DNA of 63,895 bases, counting the filler, from Octopus bimaculoides (lineage: Eukaryota): the NCBI RefSeq assembly GCF_001194135.2. It is 6 parts of 6 records of this genome, joined end to end, with 100 filler letters (N's around TTAATTAATTAA, not from the genome) between each part and the next. Parts side by side here need not be neighbours in the genome. Positions count along the whole stretch, not along the records: positions 1 to 17,565 come from NC_068987.1; 5 more parts are not named here. One strand, written 5' to 3'. Shown here piece by piece: positions 1 to 12,419 of this stretch. The stretch's first letter is position 1. The number at the start of each line of letters is the position of its first letter. Under the pieces are notes generated by a model. That model ran no database searches. It had not been told where the DNA came from and saw only the letters and a program-made list of their open reading frames with translations. Made by a program: the position numbers and the translations under genes.

Positions 1-157
1 CCACCTGAGCGCGTGCAGCGAAAGGTGGGACCACTGCTTTTCCACGCCACCTGAGCGCGTGCAGCGAAAGGTGGGACCACTGCTTTTCCACGCCACCTGA
101 GCGCGTGCAGCGAAAGGTGGGACCACTGCTTTTCCACGCCACCTGAGCGCGTGCAGC
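1..157. repeat. 46-bp perfect tandem repeat (3.4 copies visible, runs off window start)
   Basis: Unit CCACCTGAGCGCGTGCAGCGAAAGGTGGGACCACTGCTTTTCCACG starts at 1, 47, 93 and, partially, 139. Confidence 0.95.
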
Positions 158-830
158 CGCTCCGAAACAGGTGCGATAGACTGTGCAAGGGCTGCAGTCA
201 ACCAGCTTTTAGAAAGGGAAGAAATAGAGAATTATGAGGCTTATGTCTTTCCAAAATTAACAATAGCTAAGAATCGAACCTGCATGGAGAAATAATTTAT
301 TCACTAAAGACATTCAGTCCAAAGGACCAAAACTTACTTTTACTTTCCACAACAGTAAATGTATCGAAATCTTTGAGATATGATTGATATCAAATTTCAT
401 GTGACATATTTTAATCACCCCCCACACTCACACACACACATACAGAGACACACTGGTGAAATTGAATTTAACACTAGATACCAATTACACACTTCTCACA
501 ATCCTGGATTTTACCACCCTAGGGTACCTGATTACAGTTACATGGATTGAGTTACTGAAAACTAAATACCAGTAAAACTGTTATGACAGTGACAGGATGC
601 TAACAACTTTCTTCTTGTCTGAACATTCCATGGTTTGGTGTAGCAGACGTGATATTTGGGTCAGTGCCAAACATTGAATACACTGTTTAGTTCTAGACTA
701 GTTGCCCAGTATCTTAACAACTTCAAGACTCAGCACATTTTACAGCAATCACTTCCACCAATATTACTATATCTTTAAGAAGAGTGGACTGACACCTTAG
801 AAAAAGCTTTATAATATTCAATTATTATAA

Positions 831-1075
831 GGTGGCAAGCTGCCAGAATCGTTAGCATGCCAGGCAAGATGCTTAGCAGCATTTCATCCATCTTTACATT
901 CAGAGTTCAAATTCTGCCATAGTCAACTGCATTTTGTCCTTTCAGGGTCGATAAAATAAGTACCAGTTGAGCACTGGGATGGATGTAATCAAATTACCCA
1001 CTCCCTCAAAAATTGTTGGGCTTGTGCCAAAATTTGAAACTAGTTGGTACCTTGAGCAAGTATCTTCTATTATAT
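831..1075 (+). mobile_element. CpG-decayed tRNA-derived SINE copy (family with core ...CCTTTCGGGGTCGATAAAATAAGTACCAG...)
   Basis: Same sequence as many other copies in the window (e.g. 28420-28610, and reversed at 45470-45870 and 58270-59110), but most CpGs are mutated to TG/CA. Boundaries approximate. Confidence 0.7.
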
Positions 1076-1191
1076 GTATGTGAGTGTGTGTGTGTGTATG
1101 CATATATATATATATATGCATATAATTATGGTATATTCTCTTAAGAATGTAGTAGAGTACAGATACCCAAACACAAACCTGGAAATACATA

Positions 1192-2443
1192 CAGAGGTTG
1201 GACAAAATAATGGAAACACCTAGCATCATAGCATCATAATTTTGAAATATTTGAAAAACTGTCAAAAGCTTGTTTATTTTTATGTTTTTGATTTATTTTT
1301 AGTGTTGCTTAATATGTTTTGCTAAAATTGCTACTTCTTTTCAGATATCATCAGAAAAAGGTAATTAAAATGACAGGATCTATTGGACTTTCAAAGAGGT
1401 CAAATTGTTGGTGCTCGTATGGCAGACACTAGCGTAATGAAAACAGCTGAAATGTTTGGTGTATCGAGAAGTACTGTCTCAAAAGTAATGACAGCCTTTG
1501 AGAAAGAGGGAAAAACCTCCTTGTCAAAACAAAACTCCAGAAGAAAACCAAAACTTTCAGATAGGGACCGTCGGACTCTTATGCAAACTGTTAGAAAGGA
1601 TCACAAAAGTACAGATCCAAAAATTACTGCTGAGCTTAATGACCACCTCGAGAACCCAGTTTCCACAAAAACTGTTTGCCAAGAGCTGCACAAAGCTAGA
1701 TTTCATGGGAGGGCTGCAATCAGAAAACCACTACTTTAAAAAAATGTTGCAAAGTGTTTAGAGTGGAGTAAAAACCCACAGAATTGGTCCCTAGAGCAGT
1801 GTAAGAATGTTATTTTCTCAGATGAATCATCCTTTACCTTATTTCCAACCATTGGCCAAGTATGCGTGTGGAGATAAAAGAAGCATTTGACCCAGACTGC
1901 CTTCTTCCAACTGTTAAACATGGAGGAGGATCTGTGATGATCTAGGGGCCCATATCTTGGAAATCCACCTGCACAATGGTTTCCCTTCATGGCAGGATTA
2001 ATAGTCAAGACTAAGCATTTTATCTGATCAAATTCATTGTACGGTTGCGGAACTGTTTCCAGAGGGAAACACAATCTTTCAGGATGATAATGCACCAATT
2101 CACACAGTGAAAGTTGTTACTGAATGGCACGAGGAACATTCTAGTGAAGTTGAACATCTTATCTGGCCACCACAGTCACCAGATCTCAATATTATTGAAC
2201 ATTTATTGTGCATTTTAGAAAAACAAGTAAGGAGTCGATATCCTTCACCATCACCACTCCAAGAACTAGAGACTGTTTTAGCTGAAGAATGGACAAAAAT
2301 TCCTTTGGAAACAATTCAAACTTTGAACGAGTCCATACCTAGTAAAATTCAAGCTGTAATTCCTGCCAAAGGCGGTCCTACCCCATATTAAAATATATTT
2401 GTTTGAAATTTTAAGGTGTTTCCATTATTTTGTCTAACCCCTG
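1192..2443 (+). mobile_element. Full-length Tc1-like DNA transposon (DD36E spacing), 1252 bp
   Basis: 29-bp TIRs CAGAGGTTGGACAAAATAATGGAAACACC / GGTGTTTCCATTATTTTGTCTAACCCCTG (2 mismatches), TA on both flanks, internal transposase. Confidence 0.95.
1370..2391 (+). pseudogene. Tc1 transposase, frameshifted
   Basis: DFQRGQIVG HTH start, FSDES (first D), QDDNAPIH (second D), WPPQSPDLNIIE (E) and AKGGPTPY C-terminus, split over several frames (ORFs 1383-1739 and 2107-2391). Confidence 0.93.
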
Positions 2444-2450
2444 TATATGC

Positions 2451-2489
<39 letters not shown>

Positions 2490-3099
2490 TACACACACAC
2501 ACACACAGAGGCACATAATAGAAGACACTTACTCAAGATACCATACAGTGGAACTGAAACCTGAAGCCATGTGGTTGAGAAGTGAAGTTCTTGACCATAC
2601 AAGCATGCCTGTACTTGTTTGCATACACACACACACACACACACACACAAAACCAGATCACACAATGGCATGAAATAACAAGAATGCACATTGAAACGCA
2701 CTAACACTCAAAAAAACGTGTAGAAAACATACACAAACACATGCCAACACGTGTGCTCACTCACACATACACATACAGCAACAGACACACAACTCTGCAC
2801 ATGTTCAAACTTAAAAGATATACATATAAAGAAAATGAAAAATGAAAAAAAACCCTTTCAAATAAATTTCTTTTTTAAATGCAGCAGAATAAATGAAGGG
2901 TAAAATAGAAAGAAAATTAACTCTAGAATTAAATAATCTAAAACTAAAATATAAAAGATAGAAGTTCTAATTACACTAATTGAATTCACTGCATAGAAGT
3001 CACTGATGTAATTATAGATTGTGTTTGAACCTTAGACATTGCTTTTTAATGATCAAGATTGTCGATAGCAGCAGCAGCAAGAAGAAGAAGAACAACAAC

Positions 3100-3760
3100 A
3101 ACAACAACAACAATTGTTTCAAATTTTGGGACATGATCAGCAATTTTAAGGGAGTGGGTTAGGTAAGGTGATGATATCAACCCCAACATTTAACTGGTAC
3201 TTATTTTATTAAATCTGAAAGGATAAATGGCAAAGTCAAGCTCTGCAGTATTTGAATTCAGAACAAAGTGCTAAAATTCCACTGAGAATTTTTTCTGGCA
3301 TGGTAAATAATTCTGTCAGCTTGCCATATTAGACAATAACAATAATTCCTAAGTCTGTCTAATACTTATTTCATTGACTTCAAAGGATGAAAAGCAAAGT
3401 CAGCTTCAGTAGGATTTGAACTCAGAATGTAGTGACACCAACAAATACTGCATTTCTATGGTACCTTACCATTTGTATTTATCATAATAATGTCTGACAT
3501 AAACACAAAACTAGAAATCTGAAGAGAGAAAAGAATCAGCATTATTGACTCCAGCACTTGATTTTATCGACCCCAAAAGTATGAAAGGCAAAATTGGCTT
3601 CAGTGGGATTTGAACCCTGAATACTACAAGGCATTTTATTTGAGACTAATGATTCTATCAATCCACAACCTAATAACAATAATGATCACTTCTAACATAG
3701 GCACAAAGCAAGAAATTTAGAAGGAAAGGTTAGTCAATTAAATTAATCCTGGTACTCAGT
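3100..3760 (-). mobile_element. Head-to-tail degraded SINE copies separated by (AAC/AAT)n
   Basis: Repeated motif GATGAAAGGCAAAGTC...GGATTTGAACTCAGAA at ~3220, ~3385 and ~3580. Boundaries approximate. Confidence 0.65.
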
Positions 3761-3865
3761 GGGGACCTGGGTGCAAACCCAGCTCCAAAACTTTTACGAA
3801 AAATGTTGGTTTTTTCCAATGTTAATATTTATACAAATGCAGGTATAACAATAATTTTTATTATT

Positions 3866-4010
3866 ATGAGGGTCAGCTGAAATGTTCATAGGCTGAGCAA
3901 GACACTCTCATGGAATGTGACCAAATGAAGTTCATTTTTTAACATAGTTTCTCCTACTGTCTACACACTTCCATCAATGTTGTAGTGCATGGATTGCATT
4001 GGTGAAAAAG
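3866..4010. mobile_element. Mariner-type terminal fragment / MITE
   Basis: TATGAGGGTCAGCTGAAATGTTCATAGGCTGA start and following ...GTCTACACACTTCCATC...GTTGTAGTGC resemble a mariner end; recognised by pattern only. Confidence 0.45.
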
Positions 4011-4014
4011 CTAT

Positions 4015-6050
4015 CTAACACACAGTGCCATAATGCATGTGCATAAAAACTTGTGCAATGAAAATGCTTTGCACATCCGTTAAGGACAATTTCATTGCAA
4101 AAACAAGGGTAGAAAATATTTTAGAATAATTTGGAGCACTTTTCCATATGTACAAAACAGAATAAGCTGCATTAGCATCAACACTTGCTAGAATGAATAA
4201 CAGCATCAGAAGCTCTCCATTTTCAATAATCTCATACACTTATTTGGGAAAAGCTTCTTTTTCCATCCACATGCCAGTAAGGAGCTTGATTAGTGATGAC
4301 AGTGAGGGCATGTAACATGAAAAAGGTAGGTATGCATTTGCAAGCTCAAACATCCCATAGCTATCTGCCAATAACTGCAAATCCTCTCACTCAGAGCATA
4401 TGCACACTCACTCTTACTGAAAGTAGCAATTCAACTCATTTTCGACAATATCAATGCTGAAAAATCGCAAATGCCAGTCATCGATGACAGAAAGAGCACC
4501 TTCTTCAGTAATTGTTGTATGTCTTAAGCGCTGCAGCATATTGTTGGAATGAAAAGTATTAGGCATTTTCACAAAGTCAGCAGAGGATATTTCGCCGAAA
4601 TAGTTTTCAAAGACAGTCTCATTTCTCATTTTCGAAAGAGAGTTCTTCAACTTCTCGATCAGCTTTAAACAGTCACCAGCTGGATGTTGTAAGCTATGTG
4701 CCGCAGATTCACACATTCCAAATATATTCCCAGCTACCTTAATATCGAACAAAGTGGGAGCTTTGCCAGATTTTAGCAGACATTCGACAGTAGCCTTTGT
4801 TGTTGCTCATAGCAATGTATCATTCAGAAGCTCCAGCAAGAGATCCTTAATCTTCTTATAGTTACTGTCCACCCGTTTCAGTGTTGTTGCTCTAATGCAC
4901 CAACGAGCTGGATACATGGCTTGCAACATGACCTTCCCACGACAATGGCTTGACCATTGCACTTTTTACTAACTCTTTCAGAAGAATGGTGCATTGGTAA
5001 ATAAAGTTCAGTGCATCAGCTACAATGGCAATCAAGATCCAGAGAATGGTTTCTGCAATGTACAAAATATGTACAAGGAAACATGTCTTTTAATCTTTTT
5101 TGTATGCCTGAAATGCTTCCACTAACAAATAAAAAGCAGCATAATTTTGAGCCAAGCAAAATGTTTAAGCAGCAGAAAAAGTCCATAATAATCTTAGTGT
5201 CTCGAAAAGCAGTCAGAAGGATTACAAAAATCAAGAAAATCCTTGTGGCTATACAAGTCTTCAGAAACATAACGGACAATGATTGATTCTTGTTCCATGA
5301 CTGAGCAATCAATGGTGCCATTACATTTAATACCAATAAACATGGAACCTTCAACGTTTTTGATAATCTCATGCAGGATGTTATGAGCATATGCCTGTAA
5401 GATTTTGTTTTATATATCAGACAGGAAGTTATCTCAATGTTTAAACTACTGATTTCTGCATTTTTCAGCAAATTCTTTTACGAGATATACAATGTTTCCT
5501 GTGTCATGTTCATGCCCTTGTAATACTAGGCCTTGCCTACCACACAATCTGACTGCTTTGAAAATAATTTCTAATGTTTGCTAGGCTACTCCTTGTTACT
5601 GAATCAGCTGCATATTCAAAGTCACAGATATGTCTGTCTTTGGCCAAAAGTGCTAACTGCTTTCATATGGTGACTGGAATGGTTATGTGCAGTGATTTTT
5701 TGAGCAATGATGCCCCAGTTTTGTACACAAATCAATAAGGCAGTTTCCTTAGTAACTCTGCTATGTTGAACTCCTTCGGCATAATAGCAGATAACAGCAA
5801 AATGCTGAATATCATAATGAAGCCACAGGGCTTCCTTGAACCAGACTAGTAGTATGACATTTCTTTGCATCCTTGGGAAAGCTGAATGTCTTTCCAGGCA
5901 CAAATTGTTTTTGTGATGTGCAAAATTTCAATGGCACTTCTTGACATATTGGAAGTGCTTTATCATTAAATTTTTCACTGAATTGCATCTCAGCAATCTC
6001 CAAAGGTCCTGTATTCTCTTGACACTATGCAGTACCAAAAAAATTTGAAA
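4015..6050 (-). pseudogene. hAT-superfamily transposase relic (ZMYM1/THAP-like type)
   Basis: Minus-strand fragments HCRNHSLDL (CxxH motif), MYPARWCIRATTLKRV (RW motif) and N-terminal FVPGKTFSFPK, with many stops and frameshifts. Confidence 0.75.
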
Positions 6051-6365
6051 TTTTCCTAACTTTTGCTTCTGGTAGACTTGACGTAGTACACAGAACTGAT
6101 AATAAAGGGAAAAAGTCAAAAAGAACAAACAGATCAACAATTTCATATTAGAAAAATAGTGTTTCTCTTAATTATTTTTGATTGATTTATTAAAACTTGT
6201 TTGACATCGTTATCAGATAGAAAAAATTGACAGTCTGTGACAGCATCGATAGTACTTTTGAATTTTTCACACCGACCAATCATTTTGCAGGCCTTAAACA
6301 CCCCAGAAAGGGAGGGAGGGAGCCATAAGTTTCATTTCCTGATTAATTTCTTTTCCCCTCTGTAA

Positions 6366-6965
6366 GTGACTGTTAAAAGAAAAGAAGGAAGTAAAAACTA
6401 CCACCTGAGGGAACACATTTCGCTCATGCATGACCAATGTGTCCAGCAAATGATGAGAAAAGCCAGAGGATTGTTTATATGGACGAAAACTATGTCCACA
6501 ATAACTATTATCGGCATAAGGATTCATTGTACAACCCAAATGATGAGCAAAACGTTACAACGATTGCATGCCACGAAGAACAATGATATTGTTTCCTTGC
6601 TGCAATTATAGATGCCAATCATAGTATTCCAGAAGATCAACGGTTGGTTGAGCAACAGGTTGGATTACTGATGAATATACTTGATATCTTTGAAGGGGGA
6701 AAGAAACAGATGAAGGATTACCCTAGCAAGTTTGATCACAAATACATTGTCAGGTGGATGAGACAGCTATTGCAGTTTTTGAAAGAGAGAGAAATGTATC
6801 CAATGCCCTTATCATGATGGACGGTGCCAAGTACCATGAAAAGCTACCCGAAAATATGCAGAGAAAGAACGACCAGAAAGCAACATTACAAGAAGCATGT
6901 ACAAAATATGGACTTGGTTTTGATGGCAATGATACAAAGGCTATGTTATGGGATAAATTACGTCT
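6366..6965 (+). pseudogene. IS630/Tc1-superfamily DDE transposase relic, truncated before the catalytic E
   Basis: Joining frames gives RIVYMDENYVH...YCFLAAII...DIFEGGKKQMKDYPSKFDHKYIVRWM...NALIMMDGAKYHEKLP...KAMLWDKL, with the first and second D motifs visible. Confidence 0.75.
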
Positions 6966-7129
6966 GATCCAGTTTGGGTCAGACTGAACTGACTGAACTG
7001 CTGCTGATGAATAAATTGTGATGATTATGTCTAGATTATGCAAAAATGAAAATAACACTGACATCTCATTTTAACAGATATATTTACCAAAATGACATAA
7101 AAATATCTTGAAATATGAAAGAGTAAATT

Positions 7130-8456
7130 TATTCAATAAAATCACCATTGGCTTCAACCAGACGACTTCAGAATCTCCTGCAACTCTTCTGGACAGTCTC
7201 TTTGTTTAAGTTGGTGAATGCTGCCATAATCCTTGCCTTCAGTTCATCTTTGGTGTTGCAAGGAGTTTTGTTGGCCTCTCGCTCAACTGTGCCCCACACA
7301 TAATAACAAGGGGGTTGTAGTCTGGGGAGTTAGGTAGCCACATGTTAGGGGTGATGTAGTCAAAGAAATTGTCTGACAGCCATGACTGAGTTCTTCTGCT
7401 TGTGTGGCATGGTGCAGAGTCCAGTTGCTAGACACAGGGTCTTCCAGCAGCCACCCTCTTGACCCAGGGCAGCACTACCTCCGTGTTGAGACTGAGGCCG
7501 TGTGAGAAGATGGAGGCCTAATGTTGCCATTACTAGTGATCTCTCCAAACACCATGATCTTGACTGGATGTTAAATTTTTGTCACTCTCGGTACATGTTT
7601 TGGGGACACAGCAAGCCAATGGTTGTTCCGTGAGTTCACCGTCTGATCCTGGCAGAAATTTTTCTCGTCTGAGAAAAACCAAAGTATGTTCGGTTGTAGG
7701 GGATGCTTGAATTTGTTCAAAAGCTTTGTAGTGCAGTCTTTCCTCTTGTCCTTAATCGCTTAGGATAAAAATTGGCCCTTTCTCATCTTGTATGTAGAAT
7801 ACTGAATCTCTTCATGCACTACCTGCCTGATAAAAAACTCTGACACTTTCATGTCCCTGGTGATGGACCTGATTGACTTGGAGGGATTGTTGTCAATCAT
7901 GGCCTGGATCTCACCAACAAATTCAAGAGTNNNNNNNNNNNNNNNNNNNNNNNNNNNNNNNNNNNNNNNNNNNNNNNNNNNNNNNNNNNNNNNNNNNNNN
8001 NNNNNNNNNNNNNNNNNNNNNNNNNNNNNNNNNNNNNNNNNNNNNTCATGTCCCTGGTGATGGACCTGATTGACTTGGAGGGATTGTTGTCAATCATGGC
8101 CTGGATCTCACCAACAAATTCAAGAGTTCCTTTCTTATCAGAATGATCAGAGTGAGTCTTCTGAGTAGCTGAACCTTCGTAACCACCATTAGATTTGTCC
8201 AACTCTTTCTGAATCCTCAGATTAACACCCAAACACTCTGAAATGTTCATATTGGAGCTTCCAGCACAAATGCCAAGCAGTACAGCATGTTGTTTCCAAA
8301 TTTCTGACAAAGTGAATTGTGTCATGGTGCTGTTTTTCTCACAGACGGTGTCCAACTGACCCTACTATACCGTGAAGTCGACAAAATAAAAATAAAAAAA
8401 CAATACGCATGTGCAAAATTAAAAATATAAAATGACGATTTACCTATTGCTCCCTG
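7130..8456 (-). mobile_element. maT-like (DD37D) Tc1/mariner element, decayed, with an internal gap
   Basis: Minus-strand DSAPCHTSRRTQSWLSDNFFDYITPNM..PNSPDYNPL(D) gives 37 residues between D2 and D3 after frameshift correction; N-terminal part in ORF 7897-8355. Ends approximate. Confidence 0.75.
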
Positions 8457-9086
8457 CATATGTTTTTAATTTTGATGATGTTTTAGTTCAATAGTATATC
8501 TTTCTATATCCCTTGAGAATTTTATGACCAGCTTCATCAGTAAACATTTTGAAGTTTTTTTTATATTTATTTAGTTTTGTCCGTTGTTCTTGTTTTGAGA
8601 AGAAACCTAACTTCAAGCAACTTTTTACAGATCAATTCTCAGACACTATCTTCTAAACCAGGCAGAATATGTAGGGGGTGTAAATTTTGATTTTGCACCC
8701 AACAAACATTTTAGTGGATGCAAGCACACTGCCTGCATCCCCTGTTCCTGGGCCCTTACTGATATTTGACTGCTACTTATTTTACTGGCTCTGGAAGGAT
8801 GAAAGCAAAGTTGACTCCAGTGGGATTTGAATTCAGAACAAAAAGGGCCTGAACAAATACTACAAAGGATTTTGCCTAATGCTCTAATGATTCTGCCAAC
8901 CCATTGCCCTAATAAGGATAGTAATAATAATTTCTCACAGGCACAAGGTCCCAATTTTGGGGAATGTGTAGTTGATAAATATGTATGAAGACATCTAACT
9001 CAGAACATAAAGACGGATGAAGTGCTGCTAAACATTTTGTCTCATATGCAAACAATTCTGCCAGCTCATCACCTTATGTAGAAGTA

Positions 9087-9470
9087 TTGTTGGCACTCCG
9101 TCACTTACGACGTCGAGTTTTCCAGTTGATCCGATCAATGGAACAGCCTGCTCGTGAAATTAACGTGCAAGTGGCTGAGCACTCCACAGACACGTGTACC
9201 CGTAACGTAGTTCTCGGGGATATTCAGCGTGACACAGTGTGACAAGGCTGACCCTTTGAATTACAGGCACAACAGAAACAGGAAGGAAGCGTGAGAGAAA
9301 GTTGTGGTGAAAGAGTACAGCAGGGTTCGCCACCATCCTTTGCCGGAGCCTCATGGAGCTTTAGGTGTTTTCGCTCAATAAACACTCACAACGCCCGGTC
9401 TGGGAATCGAAACCACAATCCTATGACCGCGAGTCCGCTGCCCTAACCACTGGGCCATTGCGCCTCCACC
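9087..9470 (-). mobile_element. Young tRNA-headed SINE with 11-bp target-site duplication
   Basis: tRNA-like head GGAGGCGCAATGGCCCAGTGGTTAGGGCAGCGGACTC...TTTCGATTCCC on minus; TSD ATGTAGAAGTA at 9076-9086 and 9471-9481; a decayed relative lies at ~50330-50520. Confidence 0.85.
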
Positions 9471-10430
9471 ATGTAGAAGTAGTAATAATAAAACAGATAA
9501 ATCTCCGAATCAACTCACCAAATTTAGATGGATTAACTTTTGCCAATGCAGACTATTTTCTTTGGATTCTGGATCTTACTTTATAGTGATAATAGCTTAC
9601 CTGGGATGGTCTTTAAGTATATATAACACAAAAACAAAATATATATTAATTCAATTTATTAATAGTCGTGAAAAATGTTCAATTTCTGTTGTTCGTCTTT
9701 GATAGGTGGGAGAGGAGATTTTGTAAAAACTGTTGCTTCCTACTTTGGGATGGTCACATTGATAAAGAGCAGACCTAGTTTGGCGCAGAATTTGAAATAT
9801 GTCCCTTCACAAGGTTAAGTTAACAGTGGATATCTTCAACAGGAAGGACCCACAATGAGAGATTTGAAACGACATCGCAAGATAGCTGTCTGATTTCATC
9901 AAATTCCCATTCAGAATTTTTCATGCTGCAAGCTTAGTGGAGAACAAGTGTGTTTCTTGCTCTGTGTGTATGTGAGTTTGTCTATTAAAGTGTATGTTCA
10001 TTTATGTGTACATATTCATTAATGAGAGTTTACATTATATACTCAAAGATGTAGTCAGTCTCATAAGAAGCACTCCTAAATAATTCTCTCCCTGTCTCAC
10101 CAAGATCGCTTACTAAGTGGGGTTACAAGGGTGCATGCAAATATACACACACACATACACACAGATGAACATTTTCTAAGAACACACAAAATATGCACAT
10201 TTTGTAGCTACTCTCCTTACCTATTTGATGCAGCAAGCAAGGGAAAGAAGTGTTCTAATGTGTTTATGTCCTTGTAAACCAACCAGTAACTGGTTAAGTC
10301 CATACAGTAAGATTTAACATTGTGTGCCTAGAAGGGAACTATATAAGTGAGGACAGTTAGTCGTTTCCTTAATCTCGCACCATCACACCTTTGTATCAAT
10401 ATCGTATTAACTATAATCAACACCCCCCCT

Positions 10431-10462
<32 letters not shown>

Positions 10463-10765
10463 CACACCACTGCACTACATTTCCAAGTGTTTTTCCAATA
10501 TTGCAATAAAGTGTTGCTGTCTAAGTGCAGCAGATCATTCCACTGTGGTTATATTCCAAAATCAAAATGACATTCCACTGGTACATCAAATGCATTCCAT
10601 TGAGTATTTCAAAATCAAAGCCATCCATTACTGTAGCACAGCTGCCCAAACTCATTTAAGTTGTATGCCAACTGGGTTCATAGCTTTAGCAAAATAGAGC
10701 TCATTTCATAAGTTTAGTGACGTACTCTGCTCAGTTTTAGTCTGTATCCAGATGATTGGACAATA

Positions 10766-10807
<42 letters not shown>

Positions 10808-10863
10808 TTTTAAAAATATATCAACAAAGGAATCTTTAAGGTGGTCTATCTTCATAGTGTCGT

Positions 10864-10979
10864 TTATCCGTCACTGCTTCCATCCATGTCCACTTCATCG
10901 GTGTCAGATGACATGGAGAATTTAGGATGGTTGCTTGGACAGTCAACAAGCTCAAGTGAGGGCACATCATTTGGTATGT
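10864..10979 (-). CDS. CDC16: CDC16/APC6 terminal coding exon
   Basis: Acceptor ttgtttctttgtag|AC. Phase 1 matches the preceding exon (G+AC = Asp). Encodes [38 protein letters not shown], an acidic tail like that of human CDC16. Confidence 0.8.
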
Positions 10980-11024
10980 CTACAAAGAAACAAGAAGCAT
11001 GGAAGGAAGATGTTAAATATTGAT

Positions 11025-11126
<102 letters not shown>

Positions 11127-11159
11127 TATAAATATATACTGGATGCTCTGAGAGTGTAG

Positions 11160-11680
11160 CAGATAGAATAAGAATAGCCTGGGCAAAGTTCAAGGAACAC
11201 CTACCTCTGCTAGCAACTAAAGACCTCTTACTCATTACGAAAGGTAGACTGTATGATGCATGTATGTGAACAGCCATGCTACACGGCAGTGAAATATGGG
11301 CTGTGACTGCTGAGGACGTGCATACGCTTGACAAAAATGAAGCTAGTATTATCCGCTGGATGTGTAATGTCAGTATGCATACACGACAGAAAGTGAGTGC
11401 CCAGAGAGAAAAGTTGGACATAAGAAGCATCAAATGTGGTGTGCAAGAGAGACGACTATGCTGGTATGAATATGATCGATACCAAGGCTGCCTGGCTGGC
11501 TACTGTGCCAGCGGCATGTAAAAAGCACCAACTAAACTCTCAGAGTGGTTGGTGTTAGGAAGGGCATCCAGCTGTAGAAACATTGCCAGACCAGACTGGA
11601 ATCCAACCCATGCCAACATGGAAAACGGACGTTAAACGATGATGTTGATGGTGGTGATGATGATGATGATGATGATGATG
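11160..11680 (+). mobile_element. RTE-clade LINE 3' fragment (internally deleted) with (GAT)n tail, in CDC16 intron
   Basis: MLHGSEIWAVTAEDVHTLDKNEASIIRWMCNV (RTE ORF C-terminus), followed by the GGGCATCCAGCTGTAGAAA 3' UTR and (GAT)n. Confidence 0.85.
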
Positions 11681-12032
11681 ATATGCAATGGGCTTCTTTC
11701 AGTTCCCCTGTGCCAATTCCACTCATAAGGCTTTAGTGAACCTGAAGCTACAGTTAAAGACATCAAGCCAAAGTGCCATACAGTGGGACTGAACCCAACA
11801 CTGTGTGGTTAGGAAGCAAAATTCTTAACCACATAGCCACATCTGCACCTAAAAACACTGCAATTCCTTGCAAGCCATTTTTTACCTTCTCTGACGAGTA
11901 TTTTCTCAATCTAGATTCTTGGTAGCTCATGAATAAAGCCCTTACAAGCAACCCCTTCCATGCAATCCTTCTATCTTGATTCACTGTAGTTGTACCAATT
12001 ATATGAACAATTAAAAATCCATGTTGTCTTAC

Positions 12033-12123
12033 CACCGAAGGGGACAGTCTCTGCAATCAGGACATCAAGAACTTGCTGTAACATAGTTGTTGAGAACGAG
12101 TCATCACGGCGAATACCCAGGGC
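12033..12123 (-). CDS. CDC16: CDC16/APC6 penultimate coding exon
   Basis: ttttctag|GCC...GGT G|gtaag; 91 nt encoding ALGIRRDDSFSTTMLQQVLDVLIAETVPFG, versus human ALGLRRDDTFSVTML as recalled. Confidence 0.95.
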
Positions 12124-12254
12124 CTAGAAAATAGCATAAAGGAAAATCAAGGGACAACAGAAGGTAAAGATAACATTTATTTATTTTTTTGTTTGTTTTT
12201 GACTAGTCACAAGCACAAAAGACTATTCAATGTACAGTTAATGTTTATCTTATA

Positions 12255-12419
12255 CACAGGGGTGCTGAAAAATTCCCAGCTTTAAGGGTATCACAAAAGG
12301 CCTGGTTGGAGGCCCAACCTTATGAGCCCTTCAGAAAAACTGAAGGACTGCTGCAATTAAGTGTGTGAATCTGAGAATGGAATGTTGACTAAAATCATAA
12401 TTAACTGATCCTCCTGTAC
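12255..12419. mobile_element. Short mariner-derived MITE
   Basis: Begins CAGGGGTGCTGAAAA and ends AAAGCACCCCACTG|TA (degenerate TIRs). Confidence 0.45.

Noticed and set aside
7851-8130. Apparent direct repeat either side of the N gap (7851-7930 versus 8046-8125); similarly 49136-49190 versus 49741-49800
   Set aside because: Identical sequence flanking a gap is a typical overlap artefact of gap scaffolding.
11763-12056. 97-aa minus ORF overlapping the CDC16 exon and intron
   Set aside because: Different frame from the CDC16 exon, which ends at a canonical G|GTAAG donor in phase with the next exon; no homology.
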